IMG/VR virus record: IMGVR_UViG_3300008954_000046
Span: 2,192-66,191 of that record
Source of the DNA: a virus
Taxonomy: Duplodnaviria > Caudoviricetes
Length of the DNA: 64,000 nt
Direction: 5' to 3' (one strand)
Position numbers and translations under genes: made by a program. The notes beneath the pieces are model-generated. The model did not search any database. It was not told the origin of the DNA and saw only the letters and a program-made list of their open reading frames with translations. Each line of letters starts with the position of its first letter. The stretch's first letter is position 1. This document shows, in pieces, positions 19,268-31,200 of this stretch.

Positions 19268-22200
19268 ATGGCAAATGGGAATAACACATATTCTTCACAA
19301 GCATCTAGTGGGTTAGATAGTTTTAGTGATGGTTTAGTTGGAAATCAATTTACAGATGGAACTACTCAGTTTAGTCTAGGTAATTTTGGTATTTCCATGT
19401 CTGTTACCGATAAAGATAGTCGAGAATTTTCTTTAGGTAATTTTTCAGAACCAATCACTTTAGACAGTCTTAATTTTAGTAATGCACAAGAAGCAAAAAC
19501 CTTAGTAAATAATAGTTTAACTACTTTTATTAATTTTGATAGAAGTAAAATTACTAACTTTACTCTATATGGTTCCCTCGCAGAACGACTTAGAGTTGCG
19601 ACCCAAAATATAATTAAAAAATTTCCAGCTGCAATTGTAGTTAATCGAATAAGACGAGATTATCTAACAGGGGTCACCGCTACTAATATCGTCTTTGACC
19701 CAACAGAAAATGAAACCACATTAGATGTTAACATATCCCAAATGTCGAATCCATTTGCGATAGAGTACACAAGAATGGGGAATTTATTCTTTACTGGTAC
19801 TACCGAAGGGGTTGATGAGATTCGTAATATGACTAAAAATTATTCTAAGTATAGTTTATTTTTAGGTAGTAGGGAATTTGAGATAGAAGTAATGACACCT
19901 GCGACGTCTAATACTTCAGGTAATTTAAATATTACGGTAAAAGGTAATCCATTTAGTGGAGCAAGTTTTGTAACTCAACAACTAATACTTAAACCTAATA
20001 CACCTCAAACAGAAGAAATATTTAAAAAGTTAGATGATGTAGAACAATATTTGTTGAATAGGACAAGTACTCCTATTTATACCTCGAGTTTTAAGGTGTT
20101 AAGAGAAACTAATAGTGGTAAATTAGTAAGTTCGACAAAGAATTTAACGTGGCCTTTACAAGATACTTGGAATATTTTGATAGAAGGTGCACCATTTACA
20201 AATTATTTAGGGAGACTAAATGATATTGCTATTACTTTTGACGACTACAAAACTAACCTAGTCTCTCGTTTTTTAACTACGGGAGCACTTAAAGAATTTG
20301 ATACGGAAAACCAAGGATTTGAAAAGATATTACAAGTTTACGGAAGAAGTTTTGACCAAGTTAAAAAATATATAGACGGATTAGCTTACATGACCAATGT
20401 TAGTTATGACGGTATAAATAATATCCCAGATACTCTATTAAAGAATTTAGCACGCATGTTGGGGTGGGGAACACCAAGTTCCATCCAACAAGTTAACTTT
20501 TTAGACTCGATTTTTAATAGAGGTGGGGCAGAAGAATTTAAGGGGGAATCTACTAATAGTACCCCAGCAGAGTTGGACGTTGAACTCTATAGAAAAATTT
20601 TAGTTAACACTGCTTATCTTTTTAAATCAAAGGGAACAAGAAAATCTATAGAATTCTTATTACGATTGGTGGGTGCACCAGAAGCATTAATTGAATTTAA
20701 TGAACATGTTTATGTGGCTGGAAACCGTATAAATATGAATAAATTTGATAGTACTATTGAAAGTTTCTCGGGTGGAACCTACGTAGAGTCTATCCCTGTA
20801 GAAAGACAATATTATAGTGCAGTTACTGATTCACTAACCTTCCCACCAACGGTGGTGACAGGATTTACGTTTGGAACAGAAAAAGTAACTTTACCAGTCA
20901 CTGCTACTAGAGACCAATATCCAGTAGGGAAAGATGGTTATCCTAAACCACCTAAATTTAATAAAGACGGATACTTCCAATCAGGAGCTGGATGGTTTGA
21001 AAGAACACCAGAACATAAAAGCGACCAAGTAGTTAATGCAAAAAAATCCATTTTTACTGGTGACACCCCAGATATAAAAACACAATTTGCTCCTTTTACA
21101 TACGGAGAAAAATATTTAGATTATCTCAGAAAATTCCCTGATATGAAAATGGGATTCGATTTAGTTAAAACTGTAGATAATAAAAAATCATGGGTACAAG
21201 TCGACCCAAGAAAAACTAATGAGAGTTTTAGAAACCTAGCAAATAGACAATCTGTTCTTAATACTCGCGGAACCAAATATCATGTAGATTCCGATAGACA
21301 AGTATTAAATGTAAAGAATATAGAGTTATTCTTGAATGTAGGACAAGGATTAGAATGGGATGTATGGAACACTTCTAGTAAATTTGGTTGTCTATATGGA
21401 CTTACCCCTCTAGGAGATATAACAACACCTGGGATATTCCCACCACAATACTTATATCCATCTCCAGGTGGTCCAGATTGGACTACAATTCAGATAGACG
21501 CTTCTAAATTATCATTTTTTGAATTTGCAGAAAATTTTTGGAAAATCCACATAAATGTAAAAAACAGACAAACTATAGATGACGGACATGGAGGGGGTTA
21601 TCCTACTCTACAAATGGTTTATTTAGATTATTTAAACAGTAATAAAGTATGTGGTATTCCTAATAACAAATACACTTACGAAAAAATGTTAGACTTCGTA
21701 GATGGAATTAGTGATTATTGGGTGAGATTAATAGAACAAATGGTTCCTGCTACTACAATTTGGCAAGGAGGAGTAAAAATAGAAAATTCTGCTTTTCATA
21801 GATATAAATACGCGTATAAACATGAACCAGTCTGTGATGATTTACCGTGTTTGGGGTCTTTTGTGGAGTGTGTGGGGCCTAATTTTAATGAGGTACTCGT
21901 AAATGGGTTTATAGCGTCGGAAGGAATTAAGTTTAGTGGAGCAGGATGGTATAATAAAATAACATTAAACGGACAAGAATATACAGGAACATTAGGGCAT
22001 AATTATATCTACTATAGTAGTACTACAATTAGTGACATACCAAGTACAGATGCATGGTTGGATAATATGGTGTCTATCTTAAGTGGTATAACAGGTCAAT
22101 GTTTTAATTATTATGTTTTTGATGATACAACTACAGGAGCACCACCTATCACCAACCCAAGGACATTAGTACTCCAAGGGTGTTGTGAAGGGGGAGTAGA

Positions 22201-25200
22201 TTTATGGAATTATAATACTGGTCCAAGCCCAGGTACTTTTATGGCAGAGACATGTCTAGAATTAGATGTAGTACGTGCAAGATTAACCGCGGCAACTGCT
22301 AATATTTACGCATTCTATGACACTACTTCTTTAAGTGCATCGGTTGCATTTGCGGCAAGACAATCCCTCGATATGTATTCTACTCAAATTAGATTAACTG
22401 GTTGGAGTGGAAAAACTTATCATATACCAGTAGGACAAGAAAGATGGTTAGCTTGGGCTAATTATCCATGGTCAGGTGCTTTATCTGGAACTACAGCGGG
22501 AGGACCTTATTCTGCATTAAGAACAACAATGCCTAGTGGATGTGTAGGACCGCCATGGTTACAAAATGTTACTTCTAGGCACTATTGTGATGTTGATAAT
22601 GGAGAATTTGGAGTATTACCATACCAAGCAGATTTAACTGCTAATGGAAATGCAACCTTTAGTGGACAAGATAAGAATGTAATTGTAGTAAGTTTTGCAG
22701 ATGAGACTGCACCATATAGGAGCAATAACGCGCTTTCAATCTTTAATGGTTATCATGGAGGTGGTGGTGGAACTATAAGATATGGTGGAAAAGCAAGTTA
22801 TACAAACGCAAATGAACAACCAACCATGGGAATCCAAAATGATTGGAACGTAGGGTTTGATGTCACCCCATCTTACCCACAACCTAGACCTGCTTACCAG
22901 GAAGATTTTGATAACTTTAGAGGAGTCTTTAACAACTATAATTATTTTAGGTATTTCCTATACCCAATTATTGAAAATAATTTTACGGCAAAACTACATT
23001 TCCCACTTCAGGTTTATGGTGCAATGACAGGGGACTTTATAACTGGATGTACATGGACTAGTAGAACTGGAGATACATGTACAAATAACTTTGGTGTAGC
23101 AATAACTGGATATACAGCTACTTCAGGACAGACTGGTTGGCCTGTATATACCTTAGATTGTGTTTATGACGGTTTAACTGGAAGTACGTGTCCATTGTCA
23201 AAACGACCAAATAATCCAGATGGAACTGGATATACTTTATATAGAAAATATAAAACAAAAGTAGTTACGAGTGATTGGGATGTAGGTACAGGTCTCGGTA
23301 ACTTTACAGAAAACCCTACAGTAATGGGTGCGGGAGGTACCGTGTCAGCGATTACCACCAACTATAACCCATATACAGGTAGTAGTCTTTCGATGTATAA
23401 TAGTAAAACAGGATATTATGGTCCTGGGTTACAAAACTTTGGTTTCGGATGGAGAGGTAGTTTAGGAACAGAAGGTTGTACAACAGTACAAGGGGTAATT
23501 GGAGATGATTGTCTACCAGCACCGAATCCATGTTGGGACCCACAGTGTCCTGGTACCTATTATCGTAACAATGGTTGTATGGCAACTGGGGCAGTAGGTG
23601 CAAATGGACAGGGACTATTTCTTGCAGCGAACCCAATAAATCTTTTCCTAAACTCTGCAGGTGTAAGTGTATTCCAAGAAGACTTAACAGAATTCTTAAA
23701 AGCGGATACTGAATTATTCTTAGGAGATTATGATTATTGTGAACCTACATGTTCAGAACCTTGTGACCCAGATGCACAAACTGTGTGGATAGGGGGTATA
23801 GCATACGATAGAGGAGACATAGTACAATATAACAGACATTGTTGGTTAAGTAATGTTTCAGGAAACACTACAACTCCTAACCAGTTAATGGCTTCCTCAT
23901 TTACAGGTGAATGTGCAAATGAATTCACCGCAATGACACAAAATAATGCATGGACTCAAATTGATATTTCCCCTCTTAAATTCTTAGGAGGTAATGATTT
24001 CAGACCAAGAGAAGATTGTGAAAGTTTAAAAGAAATACCAGAAAATCCAGAAACTACAGGTACTACAGTTGTTACCGACCCATTGAGTTTTAAAGACGGA
24101 ATCTTTAATATTGGAGGTCAGGATTGTTATGAGTCAGCTTATTTTAATTGTGATGACCTTGTAAATCCATGTTCATGTGATGATGTTGTAAGTTCAGGAC
24201 AAACCTACGATGCGGGAATAGATGGAAACGGTCACGTTATACAAGCTTCATACACTGTCTACCAACCTGGAGATATTGTATGTTGTGGTGGGGGAACCAT
24301 GCAAGAAAATCAAGCTTATATATTAAGTGACTTTAGTTCCACTACATGGACACCAACTGGATGTACATTCGGAACTACCACTTGTACTGCTCAAGAGTTT
24401 AATTTAACTATTTGTAATATGGGAACAGGAGGACCCGGTCTTATAAATAATATGGCACAACAATATGGATGTTGGATACCATGTGATAATTTAGGACAAG
24501 CTGCAGTAATATTAGCGGGTACAGGAATTAGTTTGATAACAAATGCAGTAGACCCATGTGATAATCCTTCAGGCCTGAGACCACCACCACCCGATGATGA
24601 TGATGGACCGTGTGTGTGTGATATACTCCCTAGTCAAAAAACTACAGTAGTAGATACATTAGATGGGACGTTCAATCTAATTCCACAACCAGTATTAGAT
24701 TATAGGATTGAAGGAACTCAGCTTTTTTACAGTAGTAATGGAGCATATGAACCATTAAGTGCGGTCCCTTCAAACGCATATGAAGCAGCTACTGCACAAT
24801 ATTTCCCATGTTGTTTAGGGGATACTATAGAAATAATTCAACATCTATATAATAGCTCCGATAATAATCCAGCAACAACTTATTTAGGTCAGAGAAAATG
24901 GAAGATTAATGTAGATGCAATGACGTATTTATGGTTATATTTTGTAAGTGGACAGTCTATCCCGGGGACAGACCCAGCAGCCGATAAAGCATACATGAAA
25001 ATACCAAAAGACTTCGTAACTTTTAATCCTGCGGACTCTACTATAGTAACCTCTGCGGGTGCATACGAAGGATATCCAGCAACAACAGATTTAGCAGATA
25101 CTGATATTATTCTTTTTATGTCCCCAACTAGTAATCCTGGATATTTTGGATTTGTGAATGGACAAGGAGCTACTTTTACGTCTACAATGGAATATTGGGG

Positions 25201-28200
25201 TGACCCATCCATTCTCACCAACCCAGAACCATTGATGGTTAGAGGTGATATTGACCGTACATATCCTGACTTACCCCCAAGTACCTCAAATCTAAAATAT
25301 ATGTACAATATGGAATTTAATTTCATATGTAATAGTAGTCCCGCAAATAGTGTAGAATTTACTTCTAATCCTATAGGATACAACAGCAGTGCGACTCTTA
25401 ATGACATTCCAGAGAGTGAACCATGTCCTACTAATACAAAAGCAGCACTACCTAAAATGGCACCTAGAATGAGTTCTTCTGTAGAGTCACAAGGAGGTAT
25501 ATCCAATCAAAGAAGTAGTTCTCTAACCGAGACTTCAGGTGAAGGAGGGGTAATCACTTTTGACTATACCAAATATATGAGAAGGTATTATCCAGAACTT
25601 AATCCTTCTGATTATGAAATAGTTAGTGGAAATATTTACGCAGTCTTAAATAATGCTATTTATAAATCATCACAACAAATTCCATATAATCTTACAACCA
25701 ATGCAGTAGTTGCACAAGATAGAAAAGGAGTACAAACTTACCTTACTTATAATGATGGTACGGATTACCCTAAGGCTAAGTTAAGATGGATGATGGATGT
25801 AGTAACCCAATATCCTAATAACACAGTACAATTATTCTTTAGAAATAAAGAAATACAAGATGGGTTTGAATTCTCTTTGAAAGGAAAACAAATTGGAAAT
25901 GTAGAATACTATGATGTATATTATCCTAATTATGATAAACCAGGAAGTTATGGAGCGAGTAGGTTACCACAACTCAACTTTACTTTAAGTGGAGCATCTT
26001 TAATAACTGGAGAATTTTCTTCACCTAGTTATAGTCGTCTTCCAGTAGAGTATAAAAATTTACAAGATTGGGTAGACAGGAGTATAGGTAGTAATCCATT
26101 TAATAATAGTTATGTGAACTACCACCCAAATGGAAAGTTTCACAATTTTGAAATAAGAAGAAATTATACAACACCGATAGGGACAGAAGGTGGAGTTACT
26201 TACTACACCCCACTTAATAATTTAAATGTAGAGATAGTCGCAACCACTTATGGAAATTGGGATACATTTAAGAAAACTTCACCACCAATAAGTGGATTAA
26301 CAAGTCAGTATACTGGTTATACTAATTTATCACCGTATAATAATACTTTGGGAGTTGAAAATCTTACTAGTGATAAGGTATTTGATTTAAACTTTTCTTA
26401 CACCGCTTTTACAGGAACAACTGTTATACCAATGAATGGACCTCGTCGAAATGATTCTATTCTTATGGGGGCATCCACTTCTATAACTGCAGCAAAAGTC
26501 GCACCAGAATCGTTAAGTGAAAATAGTGGACCAGTAAACGTAGTTACTTCCGCTAATACCGATTACATCTACTATAAGGCAAAAAGAGATGGGTTATATA
26601 GATTCCAATACCAAGGAGCGGTAACTGTAGATTATTATGATACGGGATGGTGCCAATATTTAGAAAATGCTTATAAAAAGACAACCAATAATACTTACCC
26701 AGTTAATGATTTACATTATGAAAATTTAATTAATAGTTCAATTCTATATGTAGGAGGTGGGACTGATATTACAACTACTGAAGGATATGTTTCTAACCCC
26801 TACACTAATATTCCACCATATAATATGGTGACTCCGACCTATGGTTTTAATAGAGGGGAAGGAATTAACTATTTTGATGCTCAAATTTGGATAGAAAGAA
26901 AATTCTCAGGAGATACAGCAGACGGTGTAGAATATGTTTCGGCTGCGACTCTAAGTAAACAAGCTATTGGTAATAATAGTGAACAATATCCAGATAATAG
27001 TAACTTTTTAACTCTAGAAATTACACCTGCAGATATACTCGCGAATACTTACACAAGTTCAGGGACTACATGTAGTGCAACTACCAGTCTAGTATTTAGT
27101 AAAACTATAGACATTAGTTTAGACACCAAATGTGTTAAATTAAATAAAGGAGACGAAATAAGATTAAAAAATCTAGTTACATGGCATTCTACAAGTAAAT
27201 CTGGAGGAACAACAACATTAGATGTTAGAATAGGAAGTAAAAATGAAATAACCACTTCCGTCTATAAAGGGGTTAAGACAACTGAAACACAGACAAGATA
27301 CCCATGGTATCGAGTAAGTGTAGATGCGTGTAATTTACAAAAAATAAGAAAAAATTTAATATGGGACCCACAACAAAGAGCACAAACACACAGTTGGTTT
27401 AATGAATCTAAGAAAGAAAGCCTCTCCGAATATGGTACTTTATATCTCACCACGTATTTTGAAGGTAAGGATTTAATTGTTCCACCTAGATTGAAGACTC
27501 TTAAGGATATAAGTAATCTTACTTATTTAGATATACCTAAAGATTATACAGGACCTTTTGATTTACAAATTGTGGCAAAAAGAACCTCTAACTGGAATAA
27601 AGCTCTGGAAGAGGGTAGATTTACAGATGGAATCCAACCACTATCGAGCAAACCATTTAGTTTTAATGGGTTAGAAACCCAATGGACAATGCCTATTTTC
27701 ACTTCTGAGGAAGGTAAAATACCACCATTTCCTAATTACTCTCACACATATCTGGTAGAGACACAGTTTAGAGTTAAAGGGACTCCACGAAGTTTTTCTC
27801 ATGTAGTTGCATATACTGATGATATAAACACTTCGATAAGTTATTATAATAGAAGTAATGGTTTTAGTAATGTAGAGGCTCCATTAACAGGACAAGACTT
27901 TATTGTACAAAATGAACAACAAGATAAAAGAAAAATGTACTTTAGTCTTACTGACCTTATAATTGAAGGAGAACCATCAGTGATAAAAACTAATAATTAT
28001 GATTTATATTCTACAATGATAGATACAGTACACGAAACTTACGAATGTGAGTGTAGAACGGAAAGAGGAAAACTCATCGCCACCAACCGACTTGCATGCC
28101 CAGGGAATACTAATTGTATAAAGAAATGTCAAGAGTTTTGTAAAGCGACAAGACCTAGTCAAAAATTAATAGGAAAATTAACCAATCAAGGTATAAACAC

Positions 28201-28237
28201 TAACTCTAACACAGGGAAAGGAAGACTTAATTATTAA
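19268..28237 (+). CDS. giant baseplate wedge protein (gp7 / P2 gpI-like core) carrying vWA-like, CBM-like and Cys-rich inserts
   Basis: NIPDTLLKNLARMLGW and YRKILVNTAYLFKSKGTRKSIEFLLRLVG...IEFNE match the P2_I/gp7 wedge signature; 2989 aa. Confidence 0.75.
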   Translation: MANGNNTYSSQASSGLDSFSDGLVGNQFTDGTTQFSLGNFGISMSVTDKDSREFSLGNFSEPITLDSLNFSNAQEAKTLVNNSLTTFINFDRSKITNFTLYGSLAERLRVATQNIIKKFPAAIVVNRIRRDYLTGVTATNIVFDPTENETTLDVNISQMSNPFAIEYTRMGNLFFTGTTEGVDEIRNMTKNYSKYSLFLGSREFEIEVMTPATSNTSGNLNITVKGNPFSGASFVTQQLILKPNTPQTEEIFKKLDDVEQYLLNRTSTPIYTSSFKVLRETNSGKLVSSTKNLTWPLQDTWNILIEGAPFTNYLGRLNDIAITFDDYKTNLVSRFLTTGALKEFDTENQGFEKILQVYGRSFDQVKKYIDGLAYMTNVSYDGINNIPDTLLKNLARMLGWGTPSSIQQVNFLDSIFNRGGAEEFKGESTNSTPAELDVELYRKILVNTAYLFKSKGTRKSIEFLLRLVGAPEALIEFNEHVYVAGNRINMNKFDSTIESFSGGTYVESIPVERQYYSAVTDSLTFPPTVVTGFTFGTEKVTLPVTATRDQYPVGKDGYPKPPKFNKDGYFQSGAGWFERTPEHKSDQVVNAKKSIFTGDTPDIKTQFAPFTYGEKYLDYLRKFPDMKMGFDLVKTVDNKKSWVQVDPRKTNESFRNLANRQSVLNTRGTKYHVDSDRQVLNVKNIELFLNVGQGLEWDVWNTSSKFGCLYGLTPLGDITTPGIFPPQYLYPSPGGPDWTTIQIDASKLSFFEFAENFWKIHINVKNRQTIDDGHGGGYPTLQMVYLDYLNSNKVCGIPNNKYTYEKMLDFVDGISDYWVRLIEQMVPATTIWQGGVKIENSAFHRYKYAYKHEPVCDDLPCLGSFVECVGPNFNEVLVNGFIASEGIKFSGAGWYNKITLNGQEYTGTLGHNYIYYSSTTISDIPSTDAWLDNMVSILSGITGQCFNYYVFDDTTTGAPPITNPRTLVLQGCCEGGVDLWNYNTGPSPGTFMAETCLELDVVRARLTAATANIYAFYDTTSLSASVAFAARQSLDMYSTQIRLTGWSGKTYHIPVGQERWLAWANYPWSGALSGTTAGGPYSALRTTMPSGCVGPPWLQNVTSRHYCDVDNGEFGVLPYQADLTANGNATFSGQDKNVIVVSFADETAPYRSNNALSIFNGYHGGGGGTIRYGGKASYTNANEQPTMGIQNDWNVGFDVTPSYPQPRPAYQEDFDNFRGVFNNYNYFRYFLYPIIENNFTAKLHFPLQVYGAMTGDFITGCTWTSRTGDTCTNNFGVAITGYTATSGQTGWPVYTLDCVYDGLTGSTCPLSKRPNNPDGTGYTLYRKYKTKVVTSDWDVGTGLGNFTENPTVMGAGGTVSAITTNYNPYTGSSLSMYNSKTGYYGPGLQNFGFGWRGSLGTEGCTTVQGVIGDDCLPAPNPCWDPQCPGTYYRNNGCMATGAVGANGQGLFLAANPINLFLNSAGVSVFQEDLTEFLKADTELFLGDYDYCEPTCSEPCDPDAQTVWIGGIAYDRGDIVQYNRHCWLSNVSGNTTTPNQLMASSFTGECANEFTAMTQNNAWTQIDISPLKFLGGNDFRPREDCESLKEIPENPETTGTTVVTDPLSFKDGIFNIGGQDCYESAYFNCDDLVNPCSCDDVVSSGQTYDAGIDGNGHVIQASYTVYQPGDIVCCGGGTMQENQAYILSDFSSTTWTPTGCTFGTTTCTAQEFNLTICNMGTGGPGLINNMAQQYGCWIPCDNLGQAAVILAGTGISLITNAVDPCDNPSGLRPPPPDDDDGPCVCDILPSQKTTVVDTLDGTFNLIPQPVLDYRIEGTQLFYSSNGAYEPLSAVPSNAYEAATAQYFPCCLGDTIEIIQHLYNSSDNNPATTYLGQRKWKINVDAMTYLWLYFVSGQSIPGTDPAADKAYMKIPKDFVTFNPADSTIVTSAGAYEGYPATTDLADTDIILFMSPTSNPGYFGFVNGQGATFTSTMEYWGDPSILTNPEPLMVRGDIDRTYPDLPPSTSNLKYMYNMEFNFICNSSPANSVEFTSNPIGYNSSATLNDIPESEPCPTNTKAALPKMAPRMSSSVESQGGISNQRSSSLTETSGEGGVITFDYTKYMRRYYPELNPSDYEIVSGNIYAVLNNAIYKSSQQIPYNLTTNAVVAQDRKGVQTYLTYNDGTDYPKAKLRWMMDVVTQYPNNTVQLFFRNKEIQDGFEFSLKGKQIGNVEYYDVYYPNYDKPGSYGASRLPQLNFTLSGASLITGEFSSPSYSRLPVEYKNLQDWVDRSIGSNPFNNSYVNYHPNGKFHNFEIRRNYTTPIGTEGGVTYYTPLNNLNVEIVATTYGNWDTFKKTSPPISGLTSQYTGYTNLSPYNNTLGVENLTSDKVFDLNFSYTAFTGTTVIPMNGPRRNDSILMGASTSITAAKVAPESLSENSGPVNVVTSANTDYIYYKAKRDGLYRFQYQGAVTVDYYDTGWCQYLENAYKKTTNNTYPVNDLHYENLINSSILYVGGGTDITTTEGYVSNPYTNIPPYNMVTPTYGFNRGEGINYFDAQIWIERKFSGDTADGVEYVSAATLSKQAIGNNSEQYPDNSNFLTLEITPADILANTYTSSGTTCSATTSLVFSKTIDISLDTKCVKLNKGDEIRLKNLVTWHSTSKSGGTTTLDVRIGSKNEITTSVYKGVKTTETQTRYPWYRVSVDACNLQKIRKNLIWDPQQRAQTHSWFNESKKESLSEYGTLYLTTYFEGKDLIVPPRLKTLKDISNLTYLDIPKDYTGPFDLQIVAKRTSNWNKALEEGRFTDGIQPLSSKPFSFNGLETQWTMPIFTSEEGKIPPFPNYSHTYLVETQFRVKGTPRSFSHVVAYTDDINTSISYYNRSNGFSNVEAPLTGQDFIVQNEQQDKRKMYFSLTDLIIEGEPSVIKTNNYDLYSTMIDTVHETYECECRTERGKLIATNRLACPGNTNCIKKCQEFCKATRPSQKLIGKLTNQGINTNSNTGKGRLNY

Positions 28238-28242
28238 AAGTA

Positions 28243-31200
28243 ATGGGAGGACCAATTTTTAACTCATACAATGTAAGATATACCTTAAGTGGTAGTTGTA
28301 CTGGAAGTATCACTAATGTGGTTCTAGAAGGTGGTGTAGGGCCCTATTCTTTTCAGTGGTTAGGAGCACCAATCGGAACAGGATACCCCATTACCTATAC
28401 CGCAGCAACTAGTAATATCCATGGTTTATGTACGGGTTCATATTCTGGAACAGTAACAGATATGCAAGGTTCTGCTACCACAGAAGTTATTGAAGTGGGA
28501 GAAATTCCTAACGTATCTCTATCTGCAACAGTAGTAAATAACGGATGTACAATTAGTCCTTCACAATTCTGTTCTATTAGGGTACATAGATTTACCCACA
28601 CCCAACCAGAAGTTAGATATGAATTATACAGAGATGGTATTATCACTCAAAAAGCCACTTATTTAGGTTCGGGTAATCATCCACATTTATTTGAAAATTT
28701 AAGAACAGGAAGTTATACTCTTACCGCATATGACGGAAATATCTTTTCTTATGTACAGACCGCAATCACTGGATGTACAACTGGGGACGCTAATACAGGA
28801 GCAATGTCCGCCGCGACTATTGTAGAAAATTGGGATAGATGGGCAGTATGGGGTCAAGGAAGAACTACCTTTGACAACACTAACTACTACGGAACAGGAC
28901 TATTTGACCAACCATATTTCTTTACTAACTTTAAAGATGGTGATGGGGGGTATTATGTGACAGGGGGTAACTTTTTAACTGATGAAGAATTAGAAGATGA
29001 AACAAAAGCATTTGAGGACGAAACGGCGTATTCAGATTCAGATGTGATTTTAGAATCTGATTACGCACCTACTAAAAGTGGAGAGGCTAGTACGGGAGAT
29101 GAGAGTAGAAGTAGTAGTGACTCGAGTAGTAGGAGTGATGATACGGCATTAGAAAATAACTACGCTCCTTATTTTTGGTTTTATACAGGCACAACATTTG
29201 CACAGAATGGTGATGACCGATTAACAGATAACTCAAAACAATGGTTTTACCAACCTCCTTTATCGGAACAAGCTTCTTATGAAGGAGAGGATTTAGGTCC
29301 ATCGGGAGTGGCAAAAGCCGTTGCTAATTGGGGGTCATTTTACTATAGTACTAAAATTAATAGATTTGTAATTTTACAATATACAGCATTAGGAGGAACA
29401 AATTACGAATGGGCAACTTTTAGACCTACCAGAGACCAAGGAAGATTTGGAAACCCAACCGCGGCAGATACACTAACCGACAATACTCAATGGGGGTGTG
29501 CAGATACTACAGCAGACCAATATACTGTAAGTGGTGCACCACAAGTAGTCGTTAGTGCAGTAGAAAAATATAATGCAAAAGACCACCCAGATTTAAAACC
29601 TACTAGGCCAGGAAGTTGTATGATTCAAGGAACTGCTAACACAGGAGTAGCTAATGGATTTATAAGTAGTTGTGCTTATTTGAATTACACTCATGAAGTT
29701 ACTTTAGGGTCAACTATGAATGATAACGATTCAATTGGTGTAGTTTTATGTTGGTTCAGGGATACAGAAGGAGATTATGGACCTAAAGGTACTTCCCATA
29801 GTATTACAGCAACACTCGGGAATCAAAATAACTCCAACCCACCAAGATTAACTATAGGTTATAATACAGGTCACAGTACATATGCTTTTAGAAGTATAGA
29901 TTTAGAACAACCTTGGAATAGTTCCTTTAGTAATACTGTAGGTTCTAGTTTAAGTACATATACGACCGCGGGTTCTCAGTATTTCCGTGACCAAGGATTT
30001 GTGAGAATGAGGATAAAAAGAAGTGGAACACAAGGAGAAAACTTTTTTATTGAAATGACGGATACTATGGGTAATACTGGAGGTATCCAAACTAATGCTA
30101 CTAAAAATATCGGGGACCTTAATCCATATAATAGTGCGAATAACTTCAGTTTCTCTCTACTCGACCCAACCACATGGTCAGGAAATACAACTACTGCACA
30201 AGATTACGTTACAGGAAAAGAATTAGTGAAATTTATCGGGTCTCAAAAATACGGATATTATGTAAGTTCCCAAGGAGCAGCTCAGTTTTTTGATATTGCT
30301 TTTTCTGGTTATCAGACTAATTTTATACCCGTAGCCACTCAAGCGGGAGCTAGTGAATCTGGTTACTTTGAGTTATTCAACTCTACCACGGTTAATACAG
30401 ACCATAGTGACACCTCAATAGATAATTGGAATAAACATTTCGGCGGTGGGTATCCTGGTATAGTAGAAGTACCAGTCATAAAACCTACAGTTTCCGTACA
30501 AATGCAAACATTTATTGAACCAGACGTGATAATTTCAGGAGCTACTAAAATTAATTACCCGAGCAGCCAATATGCTGTCTACTATTGTGATGATATTGAA
30601 GATGTACCATTGACTTTAACATGGGTTAATGAGACTGTTGAAATGAGAACAAATAAATCTTATGGTAAATATAGTGTATTCCCATATGTTCCCGAAGCGG
30701 GAGAATTCTTAAGTAAACCATTAGTAAATAGAATGTTTGATAATACACCAATTGTAGTGTCAGGAGCAACAGGTCTTTTCACTCAAGCTTCCGACAATCT
30801 CCCAATATCATATTTCCCATGTCAAGATTATTGGGAATATTGCATCAAACCAAGTTCTATTTTTAAAGATAGGGTAGATAAAATTTATTATACAGGATGT
30901 AAATCGAATGTGTTATCAGGAACGACTAATACTTGGTACGATACCTTAGATTTAAATAGACGAGGAAATGAACAGTATGGTATCTATGACAGAAATAAAG
31001 ACTATTATTTAATTCTAGTGAGTAGGCCTACCCTCCCTATAATTAGAACTGCAAATTTCGCATATGCAAATGAAGGTCCATGTGAGGTATACAATCAACA
31101 AGTAATAGCAATGTCCGCCAGTACCACCGCTGCTACGGGAAGTTTAATTGTTTCTGGAAGAACATGGGTTACTCCTCTTAATTATCCATGTAATGGACAA